The notes under the pieces are model-generated. The model worked only from the letters and a program-made list of their open reading frames with translations. It made no database searches and was not told the origin of the DNA. From the sequence record MW598459: a stretch of DNA of 64,000 nt. One strand, written 5' to 3'. The stretch's first letter is position 1, and every line of letters begins with the position of its first letter. The position numbers and the translations under genes were made by a program. This document shows positions 37,094-45,812 of this stretch, in pieces. The stretch is from Escherichia phage vB_EcoM_RZ.

Positions 37094-37393
37094 TTAGAAA
37101 GAACCAGAGCCTTTAATTGTGTTCTGGCGACCTTTATTTTCTAATTCAGAATGGTCGATTTCGTATGCTTGTGCTACACCAAAGGCCTTTTTAACTTTAG
37201 CTAAAGAACCTTTAGATGTAACAATATTAAAAGTATTACCTTTGGTAAAATCAACCAAATCAACTTGTACACCCTGTTTACCGAGGCTTGCGACAATAGC
37301 ATCAACATATTGTTGGTCTAAAGTACCTTGGACTCCAATTTGGAATGCTTTAGGGGCTTTGGCTTCTGTGATAAATTCTTGATAAGTTTTCAT
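37094..37393 (-). CDS. Internal protein (IPII/IPIII-like) with capsid targeting sequence
   Basis: Track ORF 37094..37432; ATG at 37393 gives MKTYQEFITEA, the T4 internal-protein leader; located beside denV as ipII is in T4. Confidence 0.7.
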   Translation of the reverse strand: MKTYQEFITEAKAPKAFQIGVQGTLDQQYVDAIVASLGKQGVQVDLVDFTKGNTFNIVTSKGSLAKVKKAFGVAQAYEIDHSELENKGRQNTIKGSGSF

Positions 37394-37441
37394 TTTATAT
37401 TCCATTGTTTGGCTGATAAAATCATTATACAACCTTTTTAG

Positions 37442-37858
37442 TTAAGCGTACACAGCTTTCCCATAGTATTTGTACCAAGCAGGCTTTTGAGAAATTTTCT
37501 CATTCAGTCTGGCTTGACTGATTTCAATTGACCAGATTGATGGTTGATAATCATTCTTCCATTCATCAGGAATATCAGTTAAATCTTGGGTAGAAATATC
37601 TTTTATGTTAAACCCTCGCTTTAAACATTCCGCAATAAGTTCTTGATGCCGGTTTTTAAGGAACAAAAGCTTATCATAAAAGAAGATGACATGACCAGTC
37701 CCTAAAAGGAAAGATGATGGGATTTTAAAGTCAGAAACCTTTTTACCATTTTGTACATGCTTACGAACAGCACCAAACACGCGAGGAAGTTCACGATATT
37801 CAGCCATAAGATGTTGGTCAGCGAGTTCAGATACCAGGGTTAAATTAATGCGAGTCAT
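37442..37858 (-). CDS. denV: Endonuclease V DenV (pyrimidine dimer DNA glycosylase, 138 aa)
   Basis: Track ORF; [35 protein letters not shown] matches T4 DenV from memory. Confidence 0.95.
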   Translation of the reverse strand: MTRINLTLVSELADQHLMAEYRELPRVFGAVRKHVQNGKKVSDFKIPSSFLLGTGHVIFFYDKLLFLKNRHQELIAECLKRGFNIKDISTQDLTDIPDEWKNDYQPSIWSIEISQARLNEKISQKPAWYKYYGKAVYA

Positions 37859-37884
37859 GTTTGTTCTCCGTAGTTGATAGGGTC

Positions 37885-37914
37885 ATTATAACCCTATCAT
37901 TTGGAGATGTACAC
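37885..37914 (-). promoter_or_regulatory. Early promoter (-35 GTGTAC, 18 bp, -10 TATAAT inside hairpin GATAGGGT/ACCCTATC)
   Basis: Read on minus strand between e stop and denV start. Confidence 0.55.
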
Positions 37915-38402
37915 TAATATGCGTCAAAAGTTCCGGTGCGGAAAGTTTCAATAACTCGTTTAGCTCGGTTCGGAGTCTGGACTTTATACCATCTTGAGTC
38001 TGCCAGTTCCTTGGCAGCCGCTTCCCATGATTTAGCCTTCAGCAATCGCATACCCTTAGGAAAACCAGCAACACCAGCAACACCCATCTGGAATACCATA
38101 TTAATGAGTGCACAACGACGAACTTCATCAAGTACATCATAAACAGGTTTTAAGACAGGATGCCTCAAGATTCCGGCTTTAGCTTTTTCGACCGAACGGT
38201 TAAACAATGTTTCAGCTTCGTGCTGGGTTATGCGACCATTACAGACGCGACCCATGAGCTTGTCGAGCTCGGCACGAGCAACATCTTTAGATGGGTTCTT
38301 AGTTATCAGTTGCCCGATGCCAATGGTCCAATAGCCTTCAGTATCTTTATACAAATCCAACTTACAACCTTCATCTATACGTAACATTTCGAATATATTC
38401 AT
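37914..38402 (-). CDS. e: Lysozyme e (endolysin, 162 aa)
   Basis: Track ORF; [25 protein letters not shown] matches T4 lysozyme from memory. Confidence 0.95.
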   Translation of the reverse strand: MNIFEMLRIDEGCKLDLYKDTEGYWTIGIGQLITKNPSKDVARAELDKLMGRVCNGRITQHEAETLFNRSVEKAKAGILRHPVLKPVYDVLDEVRRCALINMVFQMGVAGVAGFPKGMRLLKAKSWEAAAKELADSRWYKVQTPNRAKRVIETFRTGTFDAY

Positions 38403-38428
38403 AATACCCCCTTATATAGGGGTATTTA

Positions 38429-38893
38429 TTATCCGAAAATTTGAGTCATTACCTTGTACATCGATTTGCCCATCACATACTGCCATTGACTCGGTTTAAT
38501 CAGAGCAAATGCATCGAACTCTGGAACCGAACTACCATCCGGGAAGGTATGATAGGCAGAGCATTTACTATGTCTGAACTGCTCATGCTCGACCGGAACC
38601 GTGTACAAAAACAGGTGAAGATTTTTGTTATCTGAATAACGGAATTCACCTAAGTCTTTTAAGAATGCTGGGTCGTATTGGGTAAACCCGGTTTCTTCTT
38701 CGGTTTCACGGATAGCCGCTTCAATCGGGGATTCACCAGCTTCAACATGACCCTTAGGGATGTCCCATTTGTGTGCAGGCATACCTGGTTTACGAGAACC
38801 AGTCACACGACCCATGAATAACTCTTTATCTTCAGTCATGAAAATAATGCCAGCAGATAATTCTTTCACCTTGTTTTTCTTACTCATCGTCAC
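38429..38893 (-). CDS. nudE: Nudix hydrolase NudE (e.1-like)
   Basis: Track ORF; Nudix box GHVEAGESPIEAAIRETEEETG; position next to e. Confidence 0.8.
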   Translation of the reverse strand: MTMSKKNKVKELSAGIIFMTEDKELFMGRVTGSRKPGMPAHKWDIPKGHVEAGESPIEAAIRETEEETGFTQYDPAFLKDLGEFRYSDNKNLHLFLYTVPVEHEQFRHSKCSAYHTFPDGSSVPEFDAFALIKPSQWQYVMGKSMYKVMTQIFG

Positions 38894-39116
38894 GTTTCCA
38901 TGATTGGTTAAAAATATCGCTCATTAAAAATTCAAGTCTATTTTCCAATGAAGGGCTTTCACTACTAGAAACTTGAACCATGTAGTCAGCAATAGGTCGG
39001 AACATATCCAAGTCAGTTTCTAAATCATCTTTGATTTTCTCTTCTGATGTACCTGTATCATAGGAATACAGATAAGAATCGCATGACTCAGATTTAATAT
39101 AAATTGCAATACTCAT
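38880..39116 (-). CDS. Hypothetical acidic protein (78 aa)
   Basis: Track ORF. Confidence 0.4.
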   Translation of the reverse strand: MSIAIYIKSESCDSYLYSYDTGTSEEKIKDDLETDLDMFRPIADYMVQVSSSESPSLENRLEFLMSDIFNQSWKRDDE

Positions 39117-39700
39117 TTACGACATTCCTCAATAAAGGAGTTCAATGTATTTTTCTTAGTGATATCGTCATATACCTTTTTAACTTTAGAAATACGAAAA
39201 GGTACTTCAATAACCATAGTCCATAAAAATGATGCAATAAGCCCAGCGAGAGCAGTAGAAAAGCACGCACCCATTACAGCTACGGGTGCTTCATTTTTGC
39301 CTGTCAAGAAAAACCACAGGAATGGTAAAAATAAGATTCCAGCCCAGGCATAAAACCTGGAACAAATTAACTTATCAAATTCATCACTCCAGGTACGAAA
39401 TCCATATTTCTTGCTATAAGAAATTAATGGGTCGGGTGTCTGTTCTTTGAGCGGTTCTGGTTGATGCCCATTAATGATGTATCCCATTTTATATTCCTTA
39501 ATTAAAAGCTCTTTCACATGACGATTGCATCGCGACCAATCAACGTTTTCCACCTTGATTCCTTCATCACCATCATCAAGGTTCGCCCAATATTTTTTGG
39601 TAATCATAAATTCGTCTCTTGATACAATTATACCTGTATTTTCTGCCCGGCGGATGAAGTTTACATCAACACCCATGCAGCCAGTTTCATAAAGGGCCAT
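39113..39700 (-). CDS. Hypothetical membrane protein (195 aa) with C-terminal FIEEC motif
   Basis: Track ORF; C-terminal TM pair then ..NSFIEECRK. Confidence 0.45.
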   Translation of the reverse strand: MALYETGCMGVDVNFIRRAENTGIIVSRDEFMITKKYWANLDDGDEGIKVENVDWSRCNRHVKELLIKEYKMGYIINGHQPEPLKEQTPDPLISYSKKYGFRTWSDEFDKLICSRFYAWAGILFLPFLWFFLTGKNEAPVAVMGACFSTALAGLIASFLWTMVIEVPFRISKVKKVYDDITKKNTLNSFIEECRK

Positions 39701-40386
39701 TACCAGCCCTCCATAGGGAATTCCAGATATACTTGAGCATTAACGCGGATTTCATTTGTAATCTTTTTAACACGGTCGGTATTACGAGACACACGACCAA
39801 ACCAGCGCCAACCGTTACTTACTGCGCGAGAACCCGTATGCCATGTCTGCCAATCAAACTGGAGCAACGTGCGGTCAGGAGCATCCCACTTGGTTAATTC
39901 ATTGGACTCAATTTTTTCCAGAACTTCTTTATGCCACTGGCGATAGATAAGTTCGCCTTCAGGAATCTGACTAAATTGCGCAGTTCCGGTTGCAAAATAA
40001 GTAGGACACACATCAGCGTTAACAAGACCAAGAATATGTTCAGAATGGTAACGAGGATTGTCATAATCAGGTTGCCCTGCAGTAATAAAGTGTTGACCAA
40101 CCGGAATATCCGGGCGTGGTACATCGTCATGGTGATAACCTGGGATAGCAGGATACCAACCAGGCATCAGCATATGAACCCGAGAATCAAATACAACCTG
40201 GTCGGTGTTCCAATCATCCGGCAGACTCATAATAAAGCTACGAGTAATAGGACCGCCATTGTCAAAAGCGAAAGCCAATGAGCTGTTGAAGAACATAGTT
40301 TCGTTTTTGATTTTATCATTAGAAATTTTACCAGCGAAACTGCCTACTGCATGAGCTTGAGAATTAAAAGTTTTTGGACCGTTCAT
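39700..40386 (-). CDS. Hypothetical protein (228 aa)
   Basis: Track ORF. Confidence 0.5.
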   Translation of the reverse strand: MNGPKTFNSQAHAVGSFAGKISNDKIKNETMFFNSSLAFAFDNGGPITRSFIMSLPDDWNTDQVVFDSRVHMLMPGWYPAIPGYHHDDVPRPDIPVGQHFITAGQPDYDNPRYHSEHILGLVNADVCPTYFATGTAQFSQIPEGELIYRQWHKEVLEKIESNELTKWDAPDRTLLQFDWQTWHTGSRAVSNGWRWFGRVSRNTDRVKKITNEIRVNAQVYLEFPMEGW

Positions 40387-40445
40387 AATATTTTCCTCAT
40401 TGATTGTGGGACCATTGTGTCATAGCCCCACTTGGATGTACACAA

Positions 40446-41405
40446 TTATTTTTCGAAAGGGCGAATTAAATGCTGGTTAGCTTTGAAACGTTTAACATAG
40501 TCTTCGTGACCCAGGGTGTTGTACATATTAACCACTTCCTGATAATGTTCCCAGGCATACTCACGGAACCATCCAGAAGTAATGGAGGTACAGACTTTTT
40601 CCAGCGCAATATGGAAGCTCACGGATGGAGAGATATTGAACTCATTGGGAACCTGCGAACGCTCCAGAGCGAGTACACATGCTTCTTCATAAACCCCTGC
40701 CAGTTTAATAATCTCAGGGAGTGCTTCAAATTTTTCACGCGAGGTCATAACTTCTGAATCATCCTTCATATAGAACTTATATGCAGGTTTATCAGCAAGC
40801 GCCACGGCCTCGTGGATGGAGTCATGGTCAAGGGTATAGATTGTATCATTAAAGAAAGTTTTCTTGCCCACGTCTAGTTTAGGGTGACTATATGACAATG
40901 TTTCTGCCTGGCGCTGCAGCATGATTTTATGCAGTTCGTCATTAAGAACAACACCCTTATTGCGAAGGTAATTAATATGACTCATTGTCTTCAGGAAGAA
41001 TGGATTGTTCTTCAGGTAACGATGAGACAGTTTAATTGCCAGACAAATATCAGGAGTCGCCCAATAGAAACCTGTAAGACGGTCTTTCTTAATATGATTT
41101 TCAGCGTATTTCAAGAGACGATAACTTGAGGTGAAATCTTCATCTTGAAGCTCACCAGTAATTTCTCGTACGTTAGTCAGGGCACGGACAATATAAGCTT
41201 CAAAATAGGTTTCTTTGCCATTGTACATACATTTAAAAGCTTGGACATCAGGGTTATCCACAGGAACATGAGCACCGAACATACGTGCTTTAAAGTGGTT
41301 CCAGGAGCCCTGGTCAGCGATAAAGTCCCAATCAGAGTTTTCAATTTTCTGACTTTCAATCAGACCAGCGTTATGTAATGCACGAGAACCAATAACTAAC
41401 ATCAT
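40446..41405 (-). CDS. Hypothetical protein (319 aa) with N-terminal GS...SDWDF nucleotidyltransferase-like motif
   Basis: Track ORF; MMLVIGSRALHNAGLIESQKIENSDWDF; early promoter upstream. Confidence 0.5.
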   Translation of the reverse strand: MMLVIGSRALHNAGLIESQKIENSDWDFIADQGSWNHFKARMFGAHVPVDNPDVQAFKCMYNGKETYFEAYIVRALTNVREITGELQDEDFTSSYRLLKYAENHIKKDRLTGFYWATPDICLAIKLSHRYLKNNPFFLKTMSHINYLRNKGVVLNDELHKIMLQRQAETLSYSHPKLDVGKKTFFNDTIYTLDHDSIHEAVALADKPAYKFYMKDDSEVMTSREKFEALPEIIKLAGVYEEACVLALERSQVPNEFNISPSVSFHIALEKVCTSITSGWFREYAWEHYQEVVNMYNTLGHEDYVKRFKANQHLIRPFEK

Positions 41406-41433
41406 AATATTTTCCTCATTAGTTGACGAGATA

Positions 41434-41463
41434 ATGATACTACGTTTCTTTAGACTTGTATAC
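41434..41463 (-). promoter_or_regulatory. Early promoter (-35 GTATAC, 18 bp, -10 TATCAT)
   Basis: Read on minus strand upstream of ORF 40446..41405. Confidence 0.5.
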
Positions 41464-41506
41464 TAAATCTTGTACATAATTTTCTTATCACATCCTTGTG
41501 ATTAAA

Positions 41507-41734
41507 TTATTTTCCTAACGAAATACGAGTAGGTTTTTTGCCAAAATATTCTTCATAAGAACCATCTAAACGACCCGCTTTAGACCGACAGTATGAATCG
41601 TACTTTTTGTAATAAGTCATCTCAGTATTATAACGCGGGTGTCTATCAGCCATAATAATACTTAATGGCCAACCTTTGGCATAATCGCGAAGACCATTTA
41701 TTTTACTAATGTATCTTTTCTTTAATTTTAGCAT
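41507..41734 (-). CDS. Hypothetical basic protein (75 aa)
   Basis: Track ORF. Confidence 0.4.
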   Translation of the reverse strand: MLKLKKRYISKINGLRDYAKGWPLSIIMADRHPRYNTEMTYYKKYDSYCRSKAGRLDGSYEEYFGKKPTRISLGK

Positions 41735-41952
41735 GAGCTCGGGTACCAGATTTTACCGTCGGCGCGGGCAACGAAGGTACGACCAGCTTCTTCGCCGTAA
41801 CAAGAGCTATTCAGCCAATCTTCAAGACGAACTTCACCGTCATAATCATCTAGCTCAACACCAAAATCCTGAGCAGAAGCCATATCTTTTACTTTCTTAT
41901 ACAGGGCAGCCAGTTCAAGAGCAGCTTTTTCTAATTCGTTAATATCAGTCAT
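41728..41952 (-). CDS. Small acidic protein, paralog family member (C-terminus ..WYPSSC)
   Basis: Track ORF; C-terminal motif related to the three upstream paralogs. Confidence 0.45.
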   Translation of the reverse strand: MTDINELEKAALELAALYKKVKDMASAQDFGVELDDYDGEVRLEDWLNSSCYGEEAGRTFVARADGKIWYPSSC

Positions 41953-41961
41953 TTTTATTCC

Positions 41962-42174
41962 TTAGCATTCGTAAGAGGAGGACACCCAAGAGGTACCACT
42001 AATTGTAATACAACCATTATAAAGCGTAATATGTCGTTCTAGGTCACGAACACCATCAATGTAGATATCAGCTTCTTCGCGTTCTTCTTTACAAATCTGG
42101 ATAACGTTTTCAATAGCTGCCGCGGCAGTACGGATTGCACAATCTAATTCACGAGACATATAATTCCTTAACAT
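41962..42174 (-). CDS. Small protein, paralog family member (C-terminus ..SWVSSSYEC)
   Basis: Track ORF. Confidence 0.45.
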   Translation of the reverse strand: MLRNYMSRELDCAIRTAAAAIENVIQICKEEREEADIYIDGVRDLERHITLYNGCITISGTSWVSSSYEC

Positions 42175-42449
42175 TCAGAAGAGGAGGACACCCAACCGCC
42201 ATTTTCCAGGTCAGTTGTATAGTCATGAGTGTTAACAATAGCCCATTCAGGATGGCCATATTCTTCCCAATGGGCAAGGTCAGCTTTCAAGGCACCAGGA
42301 GAATAATAGTCACCGCCCATACCGCGAGCAGGGTATATATTAAAATGAGTCTCATATTTGTTTGCAATTTCCTCGGCACGCCGAATAGCTTTATGGATGT
42401 CATTTACTGCGTTAGCCAGTTCTTTATTTTTACGGTAATCATTCATCAT
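42168..42449 (-). CDS. Small protein, paralog family member (C-terminus ..GWVSSSSEC)
   Basis: Track ORF. Confidence 0.45.
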   Translation of the reverse strand: MMNDYRKNKELANAVNDIHKAIRRAEEIANKYETHFNIYPARGMGGDYYSPGALKADLAHWEEYGHPEWAIVNTHDYTTDLENGGWVSSSSEC

Positions 42450-42458
42450 AACGTTTCC

Positions 42459-42749
42459 TTAGCACATTGCCGAAGAGGAGACCCAAGCACCAACTGTAAC
42501 GACACCGTTTTCAACTTCACCGCCGTTGTTTTCAATTTCATCTTTAAACCACTGGGAGCATTCATAACCGACAGGATAATATGTACGGCCTGAACCATAA
42601 TCACCGGTACCGAATTGGATACCATATTCATCTGCGATTTCTTCGCAGTGTTTTTCAATTTCAGAGGTCTTATTTAGAAGAGAATAGATGGCTTTTTCTG
42701 CAGATTTCTCATCATAATACTTGGGGATAGCAATTTCAATTTTATTCAT
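42459..42749 (-). CDS. Small protein, paralog family member (C-terminus ..AWVSSSAMC)
   Basis: Track ORF. Confidence 0.45.
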   Translation of the reverse strand: MNKIEIAIPKYYDEKSAEKAIYSLLNKTSEIEKHCEEIADEYGIQFGTGDYGSGRTYYPVGYECSQWFKDEIENNGGEVENGVVTVGAWVSSSAMC

Positions 42750-43099
42750 GATTTACATTCCTTAATAAAGGTTTCAAGGTCATTACGTTTTGTTTTGTCT
42801 AGGAACTTATTATACTCAGCCATTGCCGAAGCATATCTCTTACGGCTAGGAGCATTCACTGCATTTGTGTGACAGATATCATAAACAACCGGGATAAAAT
42901 AAGCCACAACAGCCGGAGCAATTATCATAAAGAAGCCCATCTCAATAGGCATGACTCCCTCGATTGCAGCCATAACCGTGGTCATTACCAGACCAACCAA
43001 ACCACCGAGCATACCGGTGACAATTCCCAATAATAAATTGCCGCCAATATCATATTCAGCCAATTGATAAACATGTGATGCAAGACTAGGCCGTTCCAT
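42746..43099 (-). CDS. Hypothetical membrane protein with C-terminal FIKEC motif
   Basis: Track ORF 42746..43192 trimmed to internal ATG at 43099 adjacent to the upstream stop; several TM helices. Confidence 0.4.
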   Translation of the reverse strand: MERPSLASHVYQLAEYDIGGNLLLGIVTGMLGGLVGLVMTTVMAAIEGVMPIEMGFFMIIAPAVVAYFIPVVYDICHTNAVNAPSRKRYASAMAEYNKFLDKTKRNDLETFIKECKS

Positions 43100-43445
43100 T
43101 ACGAACCTCCTTAATAAATTCTTCGGCACATTTAATTTTGTGCTCTTCTTGTAGGGAAACACATTTTTGTTCCCACTCTTTAACTCGTCCACGATATCCT
43201 TTATTCATATGATTTTGATGCCATACATTTATCAAAATCATACTCAGGACTGTAATAAAAGGAGCTGCGATTATTAGCGCCCAGGCAACTCCAACACTAA
43301 TGATATCCATATCCCCACAAACCACCATCATTATAACCCCAACAATGCACATGGACAAAGCTCCAAATGGAGGCATAAGGTCTTTATCAATCTTGTCTGC
43401 GTATACAAATTTTTCTGGTTTACTTGGCAGATATAACGTTCGCAT
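43086..43445 (-). CDS. Hypothetical membrane protein with C-terminal EEFIKEV motif
   Basis: Track ORF 43086..43481 trimmed to internal ATG at 43445. Confidence 0.4.
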   Translation of the reverse strand: MRTLYLPSKPEKFVYADKIDKDLMPPFGALSMCIVGVIMMVVCGDMDIISVGVAWALIIAAPFITVLSMILINVWHQNHMNKGYRGRVKEWEQKCVSLQEEHKIKCAEEFIKEVRNGTA

Positions 43446-43992
43446 TTTGAACCCCTTTAGCATATTCACGACATTCAGCAATAAAACGATTAAGCTTACG
43501 TTTCCGTTTACGACCCTCTAATGTATACTCAGCCGCCAAATCAAGAAGCTCATCTTTATCATAATTTTTAATATCAGTATAAGTTGGGCGGCGGTCAACC
43601 ATTCCAAAGTGGTCACCATTTTCCAACATCAAATAACACACCAAATGGTCATCATCGTCCGCATTAATAAGCTGCTTATAATCACTTGGTTCATTTAACG
43701 CATACACAGAATAACTCAGCCCAGCGAATTCCACTCGTTGAATACCCAGATTTACGTCAATAATTTCCAAGGCATCTGCAAAAGAAAGGTCTTCAGCTAA
43801 AGCAAAAATAAAAGGCAATTTGGTAGTATCGCCGCGACTTGTTGTTCTTCTTAAGAAATCATTGGAATAGCCCAAGTCGCGGCGGATTCTATAAAGAACT
43901 GTGTTAGTTTCAGTGGCAAGACCACTACCGCCAAACCATTCCACATTTGATAAAAGATTATCATATAAAGTCATAATTTTCTCCTCTCCCAA
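43420..43992 (-). CDS. Hypothetical protein (190 aa) with basic stretch RKRKRK and FIAEC motif
   Basis: Track ORF. Confidence 0.45.
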   Translation of the reverse strand: MGEEKIMTLYDNLLSNVEWFGGSGLATETNTVLYRIRRDLGYSNDFLRRTTSRGDTTKLPFIFALAEDLSFADALEIIDVNLGIQRVEFAGLSYSVYALNEPSDYKQLINADDDDHLVCYLMLENGDHFGMVDRRPTYTDIKNYDKDELLDLAAEYTLEGRKRKRKLNRFIAECREYAKGVQNANVISAK

Positions 43993-44016
43993 TTAGGGGG
44001 CTTTACCCCCTTTATC

Positions 44017-44610
44017 TTACTTAAGTGAATTAATGTATTCTTCAATGTCAGCGGACGTGGTATCCACACCAACCTGTGGGCCTTTGAAGGTTTCAACACG
44101 CATCAGAGTGTCTTCAATATCAATCTTAGTCAATGCAGCGATTTCAACAACATCATCTGCAGTCGCAATACCCAGGGCAGATACCTTACGGGTTTCGCGG
44201 ATGTATTCCAGTTTAACAGCTAGTTCCTGACGAGAATCATCCAACTCTTTAACTTTCAATTTAATTTCATTACGCATTTCAACATAATCATCTGCCTTCT
44301 TACGAAGTTGTTTAGCAGTACGACGATACAGGAGACCCAGTTTAGCATGGACCTGGACATCCGCACCATCAGCAATCAGTTTGCGGATTTCACGCTCTTT
44401 TGAAGCGGCGAGTTGGTCTTTTTCATTCGCTAACTCACGGATGCGTTTTTCTTCATTAACCGACTTAACGTGGGCGGTCTGGAGCTCAGTAATCTTGTCA
44501 ATCAGGGTAGACGCTGCTTGAGTATATTGGTCTTCAATAGACAGATTTTTTGTCATTGCAGTACCCAGTTTGGAGCGGATGAATTCAACAAGTTTCTTTA
44601 AAGTATTCAT
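44017..44610 (-). CDS. Coiled-coil protein (197 aa), possibly PspA/IM30-like
   Basis: Track ORF; heptad-rich throughout; family assignment tentative. Confidence 0.45.
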   Translation of the reverse strand: MNTLKKLVEFIRSKLGTAMTKNLSIEDQYTQAASTLIDKITELQTAHVKSVNEEKRIRELANEKDQLAASKEREIRKLIADGADVQVHAKLGLLYRRTAKQLRKKADDYVEMRNEIKLKVKELDDSRQELAVKLEYIRETRKVSALGIATADDVVEIAALTKIDIEDTLMRVETFKGPQVGVDTTSADIEEYINSLK

Positions 44611-44676
44611 GGTATTTCCTTCAGTTGGTTAATATTTTATTATCCAATGTTTTATTGTGTAACTCAGTATGGAATC

Positions 44677-44706
44677 ATTATGCCTTAAAGCAGGGGGCTT
44701 GTATAC
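44677..44706 (-). promoter_or_regulatory. Early promoter (-35 GTATAC, 18 bp, -10 CATAAT) adjacent to GGGGG/CCCCC hairpin
   Basis: Read on minus strand upstream of ORF 44017..44610. Confidence 0.5.
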
Positions 44707-44718
44707 CCCCTTTTTTAA

Positions 44719-45162
44719 TTAAATTTCAAATTCTTTGCGGAAGTTGGAAGCATAAGACTGAACTGACGCTTTGTTGAATCCAAACTCACGCACAATCATA
44801 TCAATAACAGCTCTGCGAGCAGCACCATTAGACATATTAACAGTTTTGAACATATCATAGCATAAATCTTTGTTGCTCATACCGGAGCGTTTAGGTGCCT
44901 TACGCTCAGCTTTTGGTTCAGCTTTAGGAGTAGGTTTAACTTCTGGGTTAACCTGTCCATCATTCAGACCTTTAAAAATTTTACCTGCCAGAGTTGCCAG
45001 TTTAGCAGCTTCGCCACGAGTGATACCAAATACTGCCGGGTTAAATGAAATACCTTCAGCTGTCAGACGTTTGAAGAACATACGTGCTGCGGATTGTGCT
45101 TCAGCTTCAGAAGAGTTGTTTAATGCCAGTTTAACATACTTAACCAGTTTTGAAGTTTTCAT
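44719..45162 (-). CDS. Hypothetical protein (147 aa), paralog of 45246..45671
   Basis: Track ORF 44719..45213 trimmed to ATG at 45162 (MKTSKLVKY...); shared C-terminal domain ..NGAARRAVID..QSYASNFRK. Confidence 0.5.
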   Translation of the reverse strand: MKTSKLVKYVKLALNNSSEAEAQSAARMFFKRLTAEGISFNPAVFGITRGEAAKLATLAGKIFKGLNDGQVNPEVKPTPKAEPKAERKAPKRSGMSNKDLCYDMFKTVNMSNGAARRAVIDMIVREFGFNKASVQSYASNFRKEFEI

Positions 45163-45204
45163 TTTATTATCCCGTTTGTTTATTTGGTAACTCAGTATGG
45201 GATA

Positions 45205-45234
45205 ATTATACATTATCCCACCTGGAAGTAAAAC
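45205..45234 (-). promoter_or_regulatory. Early promoter (-10 TATAAT inside hairpin TGGGATAAT/ATTATCCCA; weak -35)
   Basis: Read on minus strand upstream of ORF 44719..45162. Confidence 0.4.
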
Positions 45235-45245
45235 ACTTTTCTCAA

Positions 45246-45671
45246 TTATTTTTGAGCTTTGCGGAAGTTGGATGCATATGACTGAACAACAGTCTTTTTG
45301 ATATCATGGGTGGTAACCAGAACATCAATCAGAGCGCGACGAGCTGCATTATCATTCATATCAATTTCTGCAAATGCCTGGAAGCAAATGTCACGAGCGT
45401 TACCAGATTTGGACTGGATTTTTTCTTCTTTAACTTCTTCAATTGGGAATTCAATCATTTCAGCTTGGATTAATTCAATGATAGATTCTTTTGACTGTTT
45501 GGTGTTTACCTTCAGTTCAGAATTAAGGGACTTGGCAATGGCAACAATCTGGGTTGAAGTCAGATGGATAAGTGCATCTTCACGAATGCAGATTTCACAT
45601 ACTTCGTCAGCAACCATTTTGTTAGTGATGCGGGTAACAGAGAATGCAGAGGTCAGGGTCAGAAAGTTCAT
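45246..45671 (-). CDS. Hypothetical protein (141 aa), paralog of 44719..45162
   Basis: Track ORF 45246..45752 trimmed to ATG at 45671 (MNFLTLTSAF...); C-terminus ..NDNAARRALID..QSYASNFRK. Confidence 0.5.
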   Translation of the reverse strand: MNFLTLTSAFSVTRITNKMVADEVCEICIREDALIHLTSTQIVAIAKSLNSELKVNTKQSKESIIELIQAEMIEFPIEEVKEEKIQSKSGNARDICFQAFAEIDMNDNAARRALIDVLVTTHDIKKTVVQSYASNFRKAQK

Positions 45672-45722
45672 TTTATTTCTCCAAAGTTTTGTTTGATTCA
45701 GTGTGTAACTCAGTATGGAATC

Positions 45723-45752
45723 ATTATGCACCCGGTCAATCTGGATGTACAC
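45723..45752 (-). promoter_or_regulatory. Early promoter (-35 GTGTAC, 18 bp, -10 CATAAT)
   Basis: Read on minus strand upstream of ORF 45246..45671. Confidence 0.5.
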
Positions 45753-45790
45753 TACTTTTTGAAGAAAATTTCAAATTTATTCGGGGTATA

Positions 45791-45811
45791 AAAAAGCCCG
45801 CATTGCGGGCT
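45791..45811 (-). terminator. Intrinsic terminator (AGCCCGC-ATT-GCGGGCT plus U-run on minus strand)
   Basis: Perfect 7-bp stem immediately downstream of stop of ORF 45813..46367. Confidence 0.6.
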
Positions 45812-45812
45812 G

